A stretch of DNA of 64,000 nt from Octopus bimaculoides (Eukaryota), in contig NC_068984.1 in the NCBI RefSeq assembly GCF_001194135.2, positions 176,799 to 240,798 of the forward strand, written 5' to 3'. Both the position numbers and the translations under genes were made by a program. Positions 40,280 to 51,904 of the stretch are shown piece after piece; within the stretch, counting starts at the first letter, position 1; each line of letters opens with the position of its first letter. Below the pieces are notes generated by a model that was given only the letters and a program-made list of their open reading frames with translations, had not been told where the DNA came from and searched no databases.

Positions 40280-41115
40280 CATCATCATCATTTAGTGTCT
40301 GCCTTCCATGCTGGCATGGGTTGGACGATTTGACTGAGGACTGGCGAACCAGAAGGATGCACCAGGCTCCAATCTGATCTGGCAGAGTTTCTACAGCTGG
40401 ATGCCCTTCCTAACGCCAACCACTCCGAGAGTGTAGTGGGTGCTTTTACGTGCCACCGGTACGAGGGCCAGTCAGGCGGTACTGGCAACGGCTACGCTCA
40501 AAATGTCGTTTTCTATGTGCCATCTGCACAGGAGCCAGTCCAGCGGCACTGGCAACGATCTCACTCCAGCAGTCTGGTTCCCACCTCATTGTGGGAACCA
40601 AAGCCATAGCCTCCATGTACGCCATGGAAGCCCCCTGCATGTTGTCCAACATCTCCATTGAAGTCACCAGCCACAAAAAGAAGGTCCCTGTCATTTGTCA
40701 ATGAAGTAGTCTGCAAGAGGGTGTCATAAAATCAGTCTTTCTGCCCATCAGGTAGCCCCGGTTGAGGGACATAGGCTGAGATAATGGTTGCTAACCTATG
40801 ATGAAGCACTAATCTAATCTTAAGTATTGTCGCATACTCTGACTACCTCGATTACCTTATCAACCCATTTCTCCGCACAAAGTATACCCACGCCCCCGAC
40901 CCCGTCAGTGTTCTCTGCCCAGAAAATCATGGACCTGTGTTCTTTGCCTGCGAGGAACCTAGCGGAACCTCCTCTCCACCTTACTTCTTGGATGTAGCAC
41001 AAATCTACACGTCTCCATTCAATCTCACCAGACCTACCTTTCAGTGTGCCAACTTTGAGGGTGTGGGAGGTGTGGACCTGTGAGAACCTCTGATGAGGGA
41101 CAGCAGTGTCATGTA
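40280..41115 (-). mobile_element. RTE AP-endonuclease 5' fragment joined directly to an RTE 3' UTR/tail
   Basis: [36 protein letters not shown] (41050-40600), then UTR units and (GAT)n (40565-40280). Confidence 0.85.
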
Positions 41116-41155
41116 CCTGTGGATGTATATATATATGTCTATGTGTATATGTATG

Positions 41156-41220
<65 letters not shown>

Positions 41221-41880
41221 ATGTATGTATGTATGTATGTATCATTATCATTGTCATTGTTTAATGTCCATTTTCCATGCTGGCATGGGTTGAATGGTTT
41301 GAGGTCTGGAGAGCCAGCAGCTGCACCAGCCTCCAATCTCATCTGGCAATGTTTCTACAGCCAGATGCCCTTCCTAACACCCACCACTCTGAGAGTGTAG
41401 AGGGTGCATTTTACGTGCCACCAGTACAAGAGCCAGTCAGGCGGGCCTGGCAATGATCCCATATATATATGAGTAGAATTCCCATCTTTCTTCTCAGCCA
41501 TGAGTTATATATCAAAATAATGCTGCAGTGAATGCAGCTGTGATCAAGGAGTAAAGTTTTCAAATATTAATTATAATAAAGGGTAACTTGAAATGGGATC
41601 TTGTACACATTTAACCAAAAGTTTCATTATCTTTCTTTTGCTTGACTACAGCTTGTGTTTTATTTTTTGGAGTTTTTAAGGTGGTATTAACATCTTTTGG
41701 CATCTATTTCTAGCGTGGGGAGAGGCTTATAGCCATTCCCTTGTTATAATTATGTATATAATTATTATAATAAATATATACACACACACACATATCATAT
41801 ATATATCTGTGTGTGTGTGTGTGTGTATATATATCATCATCATCATCATCATCATTGTTTAACGTTCGCTTACGTATATA

Positions 41881-42104
41881 AACATGGGGGTGCTGAAAAG
41901 TTCTTGGTTTTGTTTAGAAGAAAATACAGGATGAGGATCAGTGAATTATGATTTTGTTCCACATATATTCTCCTCTCTGATCCACATACTTATTGCAGTC
42001 AGCTTTCAGATTTTCTAAGCCCTATAAAAGAACTTGGAAGGTTGGGTCTCCAACCAGGCCTTTCGTGATACCCTGAAAGCCAGGAACTTTGCAGCACCCT
42101 CTCG
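41881..42104. mobile_element. mariner-like MITE, with a partial second copy at about 42148-42230
   Basis: Ends GGGGTGCTGAAAAGTTCTTGG and CCAGGAACTTTGCAGCACCC, followed by TA. Confidence 0.65.
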
Positions 42105-42765
42105 TATGCGTATGCATATATATTTACATGTGTGTGTTTATGTTTATACAAGGTGCCGCTGAAAAGTTCATGGCTTTAAGGGTATCATGAAAGGCCTGGC
42201 TGGAGGTCCAATCATCCGAGTTCTTTTATAGGGTAACAGCTACTACTTTTGTTCTCCCTATTACACCAAATTGCTTCTTTCATTTTCCTTTCTCTCATAC
42301 ACCTTGCCTATTCTCTCTTCTATTCTTCCTCTCTTATAGGGGCTATTTTAATCCCTTAGCCTTGGAATCGAGATGATGTTCACTAGTGTAGATGGTATAA
42401 AAAAACACACACCCAGTACTGTCTGTAGAGTGGTTGGCATTAGGAAGGGCATCCAGCTGTAAAAACCATGTCAAAACAGACAATTGGAGCTTGATACAAT
42501 TGCCTTGCTTCTCAGTTGCTGTTGAAGTGTCCAATTTATAGCCACGTGGAGGATGGATGTTAAATGATGATGACTGGTATCCTCCTAACCCAGCTGAGAA
42601 GTCATCTGTTATCTTCCCTATTATTGCAGCTAAATTTGCTGAGAGTGCTGCTGATTCTTGCCTTCGAAAGAGATGTCAGTTTGTTGAGATATTTACTCAT
42701 GTCATTAACTTCTACAACCTCATCTTTGTCACATTCTTAATATTTTCCTTTTTTCCTTTCTAAAG

Positions 42766-42945
42766 TATTTTAGTCACCCAGTCATCTACTCAGACACTGG
42801 CCAAGATATCCCAGCAAAATCCCCTGATTTTGAATACATCTTCATTCTTGATAATTTTGAAAATGAAGTTTTTCGCCAACTTTATTGTGAGAAAAAGCGT
42901 ATCTTTGGGCCACCAGTTCTAATTACTTGTGCTCGAGATAATTTG
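42766..42945 (+). CDS. ECT2: ECT2 exon, BRCT0 core (YFSHPVIYSDTGQDIPAKSPDFEYIFILDNFENEVFRQLYCEKKRIFGPPVLITCARDNL)
   Basis: Long pyrimidine tract plus AG, TTG|GTAAGT donor, 180 nt, phase 0-0. Clearly similar to human ECT2 SPEFENVFVVTDFQDSVFNDLYKADCRVIGPPVVLNC. Confidence 0.92.
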
Positions 42946-43123
42946 GTAAGTCATATTTTTGCCTTTTCTATAAAACTGTCATTTATGAATGTTTAAATTT
43001 ACAGGAAAAGTAATAGACTTCAACTTTTCAAGAATATAAGACCAATAACAATCAGATGAATGAAATAAATGTTTGGAATTGTGTATAACAAAGTGTAATT
43101 ATTGTTTGAGGGAAATCAGTACT

Positions 43124-43127
<4 letters not shown>

Positions 43128-43156
<29 letters not shown>

Positions 43157-45545
43157 TAACGCCCGCTTTCCATGCTAGCATGGGTTAGACAATTTGACTG
43201 AGGACAGGCGAACCAGATGGCTGCACCAGGCTCCAATCTGATCTGGCAGAGTTTCTACAGCTGGATGCCCTTCCTAATGTCAACCACTCCAAGAGTGTAG
43301 TGGGTGCTTTTACATGCCACTGGCACGAAGGCCAGTCTAGTGATACTGGAAACAGCCATGCCCAGGTGGTGTTTTAAAACGTGCCACCTGCACAGGAGCC
43401 AGTCCATCAGCACTGGCAATGACCTCGCTCGAATGTTTTTTCACGTGCCAGTAAGGCAACGCTGGTAATGATCACGCTCAAATGGTACTTTTCACGTGCC
43501 ATCAGCATGGGAGCCAGACAGCTGCTCTGGCAATGATCCCGCTTGGATGGAGCTGTCAGCGCTCCACAGGCATGGGTACCAGTCATTGAATTTGGTTCAG
43601 TTTCGATTTCACTTGCCTCAACAGGTCTTCACAAGCAGAGTTTTAGTGTCCAATGAAGGAGAGGTACACATAAGTGGGCTGGCTACACTCCTGCCAAAGA
43701 CCACGGGTTATAGTCTCACTTGGCTTGCCTGGTCTTCTCACGCGTAGCATATCTCCAAAGGTCTCGGTTACTAGTCATTGCTTCGGTGAGGCCTAATGTT
43801 CGAAGGTCATGCTTCACCACCTTTCCCAGGTCTTCCTGGGTTTGCCTCTTCCACAGGTTCCCTCAACTGCTAGGCTGTGGCACTTTTTCACACAGCTATC
43901 CTCATTCATTCTCGCCACATAACCATACTAGCGCAATTGTCTCTCTTGCACACCACAAGTGATGCTTCTTAGGTCCAACTTTTCTCTCAAGGTACCTACA
44001 CTCTGTTGAGTATGCACAGTGACATTACACATCCATTGGAGCAGACTGGCTTCATTCCTTTTGAGCTTACGCATGTCATCAGCAGTCATGGCCCATGTTT
44101 CACTGCCATGTAGCATGGCTGTTCGTACACATGCGTCATACAGTCTGCCTTTTACTCTGAACAAGAGGCCCTTTGTCACCAGCAGAGGTAAGAGCTCTCT
44201 GAACTTTACCCTGGCTATTCTTATTCCAGCAGCTACACTTTCAGTCCCCCCTCCCCCACTACTGACTTGGTCACCTAGGAAACGTAAGTTATCAACTACT
44301 TCTAGTTTTTCTCCTTGGAATGTGGCAGAAGTTGTTCTCTGCACATTTTCAGTGTTTATTGCTCCTGAGCATCTGCCACATACAAAAACTATCTTCCCAG
44401 TTAGCCTTCCTTTGATATTGCTGGACCTCTAAAGTGTCCATAGCTTACACTGGGTACATCTTATGGAGTTCTCCCTATGCCTTTTCTACAGATCAAGCAG
44501 GGCCATCTACCTGAAGGGGTTTGTGGTTTCTCTACCTTTCTACTTATAAGGACTTTGATTTTAGCTAGGTTGACTCTAAGGCCCTGCAATTCTAATCCTT
44601 GCTTCCACTCATGAAACTTCTCTTCTAGTTCTGATAGTGACTCAGCAATTAGCGCAAGGTCATCAGCATAGAGGAGCTCCCAGGGGCAACCTGTCTTGAT
44701 TTCCTCTGATATCGCCTGGAAGACTATGATAAATAAGAGGGGGCTGAGGACCGAACCTTAGTGGACCCTTATCTCTACCTGGAATTCTTCACTGTACTCT
44801 TTGCCAACCCTCACCTTACTGACAGCATCCCTGTACATGGTTTGCACAGCTCTCACTAACCATTCATCTATCCTTAGTTTCCTCATTGACCACCNNNNNN
44901 NNNNCACAGCTCTCACTAACCATTCATCTATCCTTAGTTTCCTCATTGACCACCAGATAAGGGATCGGGGGACCCTGTTAAAGGCTTTCTCCATGTCAAT
45001 GAAAGCCAAGTAGAGAGGTTTATCTTTGGCTAGGTATTTCTCCTGCAGCTGTCTTACCAGAAATATAGCATTAGTGTGCTTTTCCCTGGCACGAACCCAA
45101 CAGCATCTCGTCTAAACTGACTCGCTCCCTAATTAGTTGGGCTATGACTATCTCTGTGACCTTCATTACTTGATTCAACAACTTGATACCTCTGTAATTA
45201 TTTGTATCTAAAGCGTCACCTTTACCTTTGTAGCAGTTGACTATGATGCTGCTACACCAGTCATTGGGTATGACTCCTTCATGTATCACCTGGTTAACTA
45301 TACGGGTGACTAGGCTATAGCCAACACCGCCAGATATTTTGAGCATCTCTGCAGTGATTCCTGATTGGCTGGGGGCTTTCCCTGTCTTCATACACTTAAT
45401 TGCTTTATCTATCAAGGAACTGTCAACTCTGATAGCTGGTCCCTCTGTTGGGTCGACATTCGGCAGACTCTCTTTCTCCCATTCATTTTCTTTATTGAGC
45501 AACCTTTCATAGTGGCGTCTCCAAACCTCTCTCTTTGCAGCCTCG
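43128..45545 (-). mobile_element. 5'-truncated RTE LINE (RT domain, 3' UTR array, (GAT)n tail)
   Basis: Frames contain YKGKGDALD..NYRGIKLL, AFIDMEKAFNRVP, LLYADDL, RLYDACVRTAMLHGSETW. The tail (CAT)n lies at about 43128-43157. Confidence 0.92.
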
Positions 45546-45559
45546 TATTATTATTAAAA

Positions 45560-45963
45560 GAAATCATCGTAATTATTATTATTATATTCAGTAGTTTTAT
45601 TTTTATAACGTGCTTTCACTTCACTACCGAGTGCAGCTCTGTGTGCCTTGGGTATGTGCTGTGGTTTGCTGTAATGCTCTTATGGTTACTGTATTGAAAG
45701 TGTTTTGCGTAGGATGTGTGCAGTGTCCAGTAGTGCAATTTTCTGTATGTTATATATATTTGTAAGTCCTGGTGTTTTTGTTATGTATTTGTCTGAATAT
45801 TTTTTTTATTATACCCAAGGCCCCTACTATGATAGGAATTGTTTCTGTTTTTAGATTCCACATTCGAGTTACCTCTATTTCCAGGTCTTTGTATTTTGAA
45901 AGTTTCTCCATTTCTTTTAGGGAAATGTTGTCATCTGCTGGTATTGATACATCAATTAGAAAG

Positions 45964-45965
<2 letters not shown>
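45560..45965 (-). mobile_element. R4/Dong-type (RLE) non-LTR retrotransposon 3' end
   Basis: CFLIDVSIPADDNISLKEMEKLSKYKDLEIEVTRMWNLKTETIPIIVGALG...TAHILRKTLSIQ*, followed by a UTR and (TAA)n tail. Confidence 0.85.
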
Positions 45966-45997
<32 letters not shown>

Positions 45998-46350
45998 TAC
46001 TTCTAATCTGTATATCTGTTACAAACACTTGCTGAGACACCCCCAGCGTCCTGGGGTGAGTGAAGGATAAAAGATGTTGCAGTATTACCGAAAGCTTGGA
46101 GACAGGGAGTGGCAGGGGCAGTAGTGAAATATATTCATGTAATACAACACAGACATTTAAATGGATAGGATTTTTCTTAGGATGTGGGCAGTACTTGTCA
46201 GTACAACCTTTTGGATTTCCCTGAGACATCGTTCTCCTAGGATGTTATCTAGAAGTTTCTGACATCCCTTTTTTTTATCATATTTAGGGCACTGTATAGT
46301 CCAAAAGAAACTGTACTCTACAAACAGGATTTGAATTGTATCCAACCATA
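45966..46350 (-). mobile_element. Second R4/Dong-type 3' end from a different family
   Basis: ..LREIQKVVLTSTAHILRKILSI*, a different UTR and a long (TAA)n tail at 45966-45997. Confidence 0.75.
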
Positions 46351-47519
46351 ACAGAACTAGTCTGAAAGTCTCTCAATGCAAGACAATACCTGGAAACTTA
46401 GTCATTTTTATACAAGTTGTGTTGTTCATTTCCAGTATTCTGCAATAACTTGTCTGGCCTTGGGGAAATATTACCTTGCTTGGAAACAAGTAAAGGTTGG
46501 TGATGTGAAAGGCATCTGGCAATAAAAATATTTACTTCAATAAGCTGTCTGACCCATGCAAGCATGGAAAAGTGGATTTTAAAATGACGATAATGATTTC
46601 TTGTAATTATTTTTTCTAATTACTTTCATTTTTAAACCAATAGTTTCTCTTTTCTTTTGTAATTTATGGAAATGAGGTGGAGTTCAAGACATTTGGCTTT
46701 TGGAACTATTTAGTTGAATATTTTAGCTAATGCATTTTTCTTCTTTCTGAGAATGGTATAATTTCCTCCTTTTTCTCTCAGACTATATAAGCACCTGATC
46801 ATGTGGATTAAGCATATTTCTTCCTGTTGGACTATTCTGTGTGCATCCTGTATGAATTTTTAGTCTCTTGTCATTTGGCTATTTGTTATTTAGTTTCAAC
46901 TTGGTTGGCTGACATTTATTTATTTAATTTTGACATTTACTGTCTTTATTATTTATTAGTTACTGCTGCTGTCATTTCTGCTATCTTGACAGATCGACAG
47001 CACCAGGCCACATATCTATGAGACTTGGTTTTTGATTTGCTTTTTAATTTATATTTCTTTTGCTTCAATCTGAATACTTGCTTAAACATATTTTTGGTGC
47101 AATTGTTTTCATAGTTTCATGTATTCTGTAATGCTACCCAATTTTCAAATAGAAACATCTATTTTCGCCTCGTCTGTATACCACAGCCACACTGATTCAA
47201 CGCTAACCAAGGTACATTACTCTGCTTGTCTTGTCTTGCCCAGCTGAGAACAGCATTTCTATGTTGTATCTAAAGAATAAAGAAAGGAAAAAATATTTTA
47301 CTGCTATAATCTCTATGGAAATATCTATAACTATATTTATTCAGCTCATCTAGCATAGAAAAGTGGGTGTAAAAACCAAGTTAATGTTTAATTATAAATA
47401 TTATTGTCCAATCAGATAAATATCCATGCTTCTGTATTGGCAGGTCTTGGTGAAAGCTATTGAACAAATTGAAATTTAACTCCAGAAATTTACTGAGAGA
47501 TAAAACAAGAGCTGCACGT

Positions 47520-47553
<34 letters not shown>

Positions 47554-48492
47554 CATCATCATCATTTAACGTTCATGTTCTATGAAGCATGGATTTGATG
47601 GTTTGACAAAGATCTGACAAGTCCAAGGACTGCATTGTGCTCCAGTGTCTGCTTTGGCATGGTTTCTATAGTTGGATGCACTTTCTAATGCCAACCACTT
47701 TACAGTGTGTGCTGGGTGCTTTTTTTTTTTTTTTGCCAGCAATACTATTGAGGTCACCTTGTAGCTTGCAAGACCTGAGGAGGAGGGTCTTGTATCCTTA
47801 TGTTCAGTGGGGGGGAGGGGTCCAGGTATGATGGAAGCAGTTGGTGTAGAGGAGGTACATGGCTGCTGATATTAAGGAGAGTGAGTGAGAATGAAGTTGA
47901 GGTATCTGCAAGGAGAGATATGGTGATGATGTGTACAGGTGGCACCACAAGTAGGTGGGTGGGGATTTGCAAGTGTGTATGGGGGAAGAGACAGGGGAAA
48001 TGGGTAGGAGGAAGGAAGGTAGGTAGGCAACCTCTGTAAAGATTGGGAGGGGACAATAGGGTGGGGTGCACCGTTTGGGGAGACTGGAAGAATGCTAGCG
48101 AAAGGGTAGTAGTGAGAAAACTGTTGACGCCAGAGAGATGATATGTTTGGGTAAGCTGCAGGAATGGAGTACAGAGATAGACAAGGCATGGTTGCAAGAG
48201 GAGATATAATCTGTTGGTCCAGGGAAGTGGGGGATGGGGTGGTCAGCATAACATTTTATTGTTTCGATATCCACTTTTCTATTCTTACATGGGTTGAGGC
48301 AGATTTTCTACAGCTGGATGCCCTTCCTGTTGTTAACCCTCACCTGTTTCAAAGCAAGTTAATATTTCCTCATAGCCAGACATGTTTTTTGCAGAGTGTT
48401 GGAAATGAATAACGCTGCTGTATGACAATATCATGTGATGTCAAGACAAGAAATTCCCCTCTGCCCCATGCACACACTCATACATACATGTT

Positions 48493-48545
<53 letters not shown>

Positions 48546-49483
48546 ACACAAACTTCTTTCACTTTCCATCTCTCAACTACACTCACAAGGTTTTATTCAG
48601 CCTGAGAAGTAGAAGACACTTGCTGAAGGTGATGTGCAGTGGAACTGAACCAGGAACCATGTAATTGAGAAGCAAACTACTTAACCACACAACTGTGTCT
48701 GTACTGATTGTGTGTGTGTATATATAGTACTTCAGGCATGTGTATGGTTAAGAACTTCTCATGTCAAGTACTTGATTTCAGGTTTAGTCCCATTGCGTAA
48801 CACCCTGAGCTTGTGTCTTCTACTATAGACCTAGTTGGACTGATACTTCTTGCTAACAAATTGTTGGGTAGGTCTGTATATTCCAAGACGAGGTGAACGG
48901 AAACACCTTTATCTGAAAGGCAGGTAAGAAATAGCTACAACCACAGACCAAATCTGTGGTTGGTGCAAGGTTCCAGCTTAACAAGGTGATGTGGTGGGGA
49001 TGGAACTGTGTGATAGAGAAAGCCATTCAGACAATGAGTCGGGCTTGGAATGGCTGAAAGAATATTGGGGACAACAGAGTATTATACCAGAGAAGTTAGA
49101 TGACAGGTTTACTTAGCAACAGGAGAAGTAAAATGTGTTCTATGAGTAGATCAGTTATTAGTCTACTCCTATTCATCCATAGTCCAGCAAGAGTTTAAGT
49201 CTGGGTGTTCCTAGAAAATCCTTTATGCTGATAGCTTCATTCTCATTCCTCGATCTGTTGTAGAATTGGCAAAGAAATTCTGGGTGTGGAAACAAACCTT
49301 GTTATGGAAGGGCCTCAAAGTTAACTTAACAAAGAATAAAGTTTTAGTAAATAGCAAAACAGACAGGACTGTACATTGATCATGGAAATGATCTTGTTTG
49401 ATTTGTAGGAAAGGAATTGGTAGAGATTCTATGAAGTATAGCCAGTGCAAACTGTGGACACATAAAAGGTAAAGTGACAGGTT

Positions 49484-49525
<42 letters not shown>

Positions 49526-50554
49526 AGCAATACATACTAAGGTACACAGAAAAATAGACTTTCTCAAATGTTAGGAAGGATTCTTAGAGGTAGTAATTAG
49601 TTTCAGTTATCTAAGGGACCTAAAAAAGCAATGGAGGAGGATGTACTGAAATTATAGGAACCCGTTAGAACAGGCTGGAGCAAGTTTAGAGATCTATCAT
49701 CTGAGTTGGTAGTAAGAAGTTTGTCTCTCTCTCTCTATGATGCTTGTATATGAACTGCAATCGTTTGTGATAGTGTGATGTGGACACTGAAGACTTGCAA
49801 AGACTAGAAAGAAAGGAGACGAGCTTTGCTCTGCTGAATGTGCAATGACTAAGTACAAATGTGTTGACAGACTAGAAACTAATTAGAGATGGGGAATATA
49901 TTTAATGCAGTAAGAATAAAAAAATATAATTTATCATTATCAGTTTTACGTCTGCTTTCTCATGCTTGCATGAGTTAGTGGAGTCCTCTCCACTAACTCA
50001 TGCAATAACTTGCCATTTCTTGTGCTCTTTTGTTATTTTCTTTGTGTGATACATCATGAGATCAGCTTTCCTTATGTCTGCCCATGTCTCTATTATGATT
50101 AATAGTGTTTTAAATTGATTTTGACAAGCATGGGAGACAACTCCAGAGATGTTTCGATTGCATTAGATCTCTTTAGCAAAGCATATATGTTCTTGTAAGG
50201 AATCATAATGTTAGATTACATTATTGTAATGTAGGTAGGTATGAAAAATTAGCATAATTACAAACACTAATCACTCAAATTATTTGCAGATAAAATAATT
50301 TGAAAGTTTATTGCTGTCAAATCATGGCCTCATTTAAGAGAGTGAATGAAGTTTAACTAAAAAATAGATTTCAATCTGATATTGGGAAGCAGTAATGAGT
50401 TATATATGCTTGAAGATACATTATTTACATTTGACAGATATTTGTCCTCAACTTGTTTGTTGTTAACATGTTTCGGCTGATATACCCTCCAGCCTTCATC
50501 AGGTGTTTTGGGGACATTTTGAACCTGGATTCTCATTCCTAAAGTATTTTTCGA

Positions 50555-50588
<34 letters not shown>

Positions 50589-50589
<1 letters not shown>

Positions 50590-50940
50590 TTGATCGTTAC
50601 CAACGTCGCCTTTCTGGCACTTGTACCAGTGGCACAAGAAAAGACATTCGAGCGAGATCGTTGCCAGTGCCACTGGATTGGCTCCTGTGCAGGTGGTGCG
50701 TAAAATACACCATTTTGAGCGAGGCCGTTGCCAGTACTGCCTGACTGGCCTTTGTGCCGGTGGCACGTAAAAGCACCCACTACACACTCGGAGTGGTTGG
50801 TGTTAGGAAGGGCATCCAGCTGCAGAAACTCTGCCAAATCAGATTGGAGCCTGGTGTAGCCACCTGGTCCACCAGTCCTCAGTCAAATTGTCTAACCCAT
50901 GCTAGCATGGAAAGTGGATGTTAAACGATGATGATGATGA
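50589..50940 (+). mobile_element. RTE 3' fragment inserted into the Penelope inverted repeat
   Basis: Splits TTCAGGT|CACTG and leaves AGGT on both sides. Confidence 0.85.
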
Positions 50941-51295
50941 GGTCACTGCCTGGAATCGAACTTGGAATCTTGGGGTTAGTAACCCACGAAACATGCTGCC
51001 CCCTAGAGGAACATCGCAAAGCTGTGACACGGGGAGATATTGATAAATTGGGTATAGCTGATCATGCATGGAAAAAGGGAGACCACCTCCCCCTGTGGGA
51101 TGTAGTTAAATTAATAGACAGAGAACACCACTGGAAAATACCAGAACTAAAAGAAGCAGCACATATGCAAGGACACAACAACCTCCTAAGCAGACCGAGT
51201 GCAGATATGAACAGCATATGGGAACCAGTATTAAGGAAGGATAGAAAAAAAATATTAGATTTATAAGCCCTAAAATTCACTCCATAATTGCCCAC

Positions 51296-51366
51296 GGGCA
51301 TATGGCGTAGTGGTTAAGAGCGCGGGCTACTAACCCCAAGATTCCGAGTTCGACTCCAGTGACCTG
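51296..51366 (+). ncRNA. tRNA-derived Pol III module (SINE head-like; not a functional tRNA)
   Basis: A-box TGGCGTAGTGG (51303-51313), B-box GTTCGACTCC (51348-51357) and a degenerate anticodon arm, followed by (AAT)n. A partial inverted copy lies at 50941-50988. Confidence 0.75.
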
Positions 51367-51438
51367 AATAATAATTATAATAATAACAACATCGAAAAAT
51401 ACCTTAGGAATGAGAACCCAGGTTCGAAATTTCCCCAA

Positions 51439-51484
51439 GACACCTGATGAAGGCTGGAGGGTATATCAGTCGAAACATTGTGTT
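51439..51484 (+). ncRNA. Minimal type-I hammerhead ribozyme motif (PLE type)
   Basis: ACAC-CTGATGA-A-GGCTG(gagggtatat)CAGTC-GAAAC-ATT-GTGT: both core boxes, stem II and a stem I pairing ACAC/GTGT. This copy has CA where the typical PLE motif has a palindromic CG in GAAACGT. The inverted copy at about 50466-50510 has a perfect GGCTG/CAGCC stem II. Confidence 0.7.
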
Positions 51485-51904
51485 AACAACAAACAAGATG
51501 AGGACAAATATCCGTCAATTGTAAATAATGTACATAATTCCTCATCTCTTAAATATAGAACTGTATTACTTGAAGATGTTATTAAAACCATGTCAAGGTA
51601 GATGTGTGAAGACAGCTGACTCATTAATTATTTTGGAGTTTGGAATTGATTATTGTTTTATAGGAATTTACCATCACATCCTTATCATTCTCATGTTGTC
51701 TTGTTACTTTAATCACCTCAACATTCTCATCTTGTCACAAGTGAAGGGAACCTTTATGTGGCTATTTGAATAGCCAGAAATAGCAGCTAGACACACACTA
51801 CCATATTAAGAATACCCTAGTGGGACACATTCAATTATATAGTCTGGTATATACTATTTTTGATTAGGTATTGTCCATGAACTCCTAACAGATGAACTGT
51901 AGAC

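Larger units (their letters stand above)
50450..51560 (+). mobile_element. 5'-truncated Penelope-like element with inverted terminal repeat, GIY-YIG 3' end, tRNA-like module and hammerhead motif
   Basis: 50989-51266 encodes a GIY-YIG C-terminus (EEHRKAVTRG..GIADHAW..LWDVVKLIDREHHWK..KEAAHM). The segment after it (about 51322-51525) recurs inverted at 50450-50988, interrupted by an RTE tail. Confidence 0.85.

Noticed and set aside
51296-51366. Functional tRNA-Ser(ACT) gene
   Set aside because: The anticodon and acceptor stems are mismatched, there is no oligo-T terminator, and it sits within a retroelement repeat.
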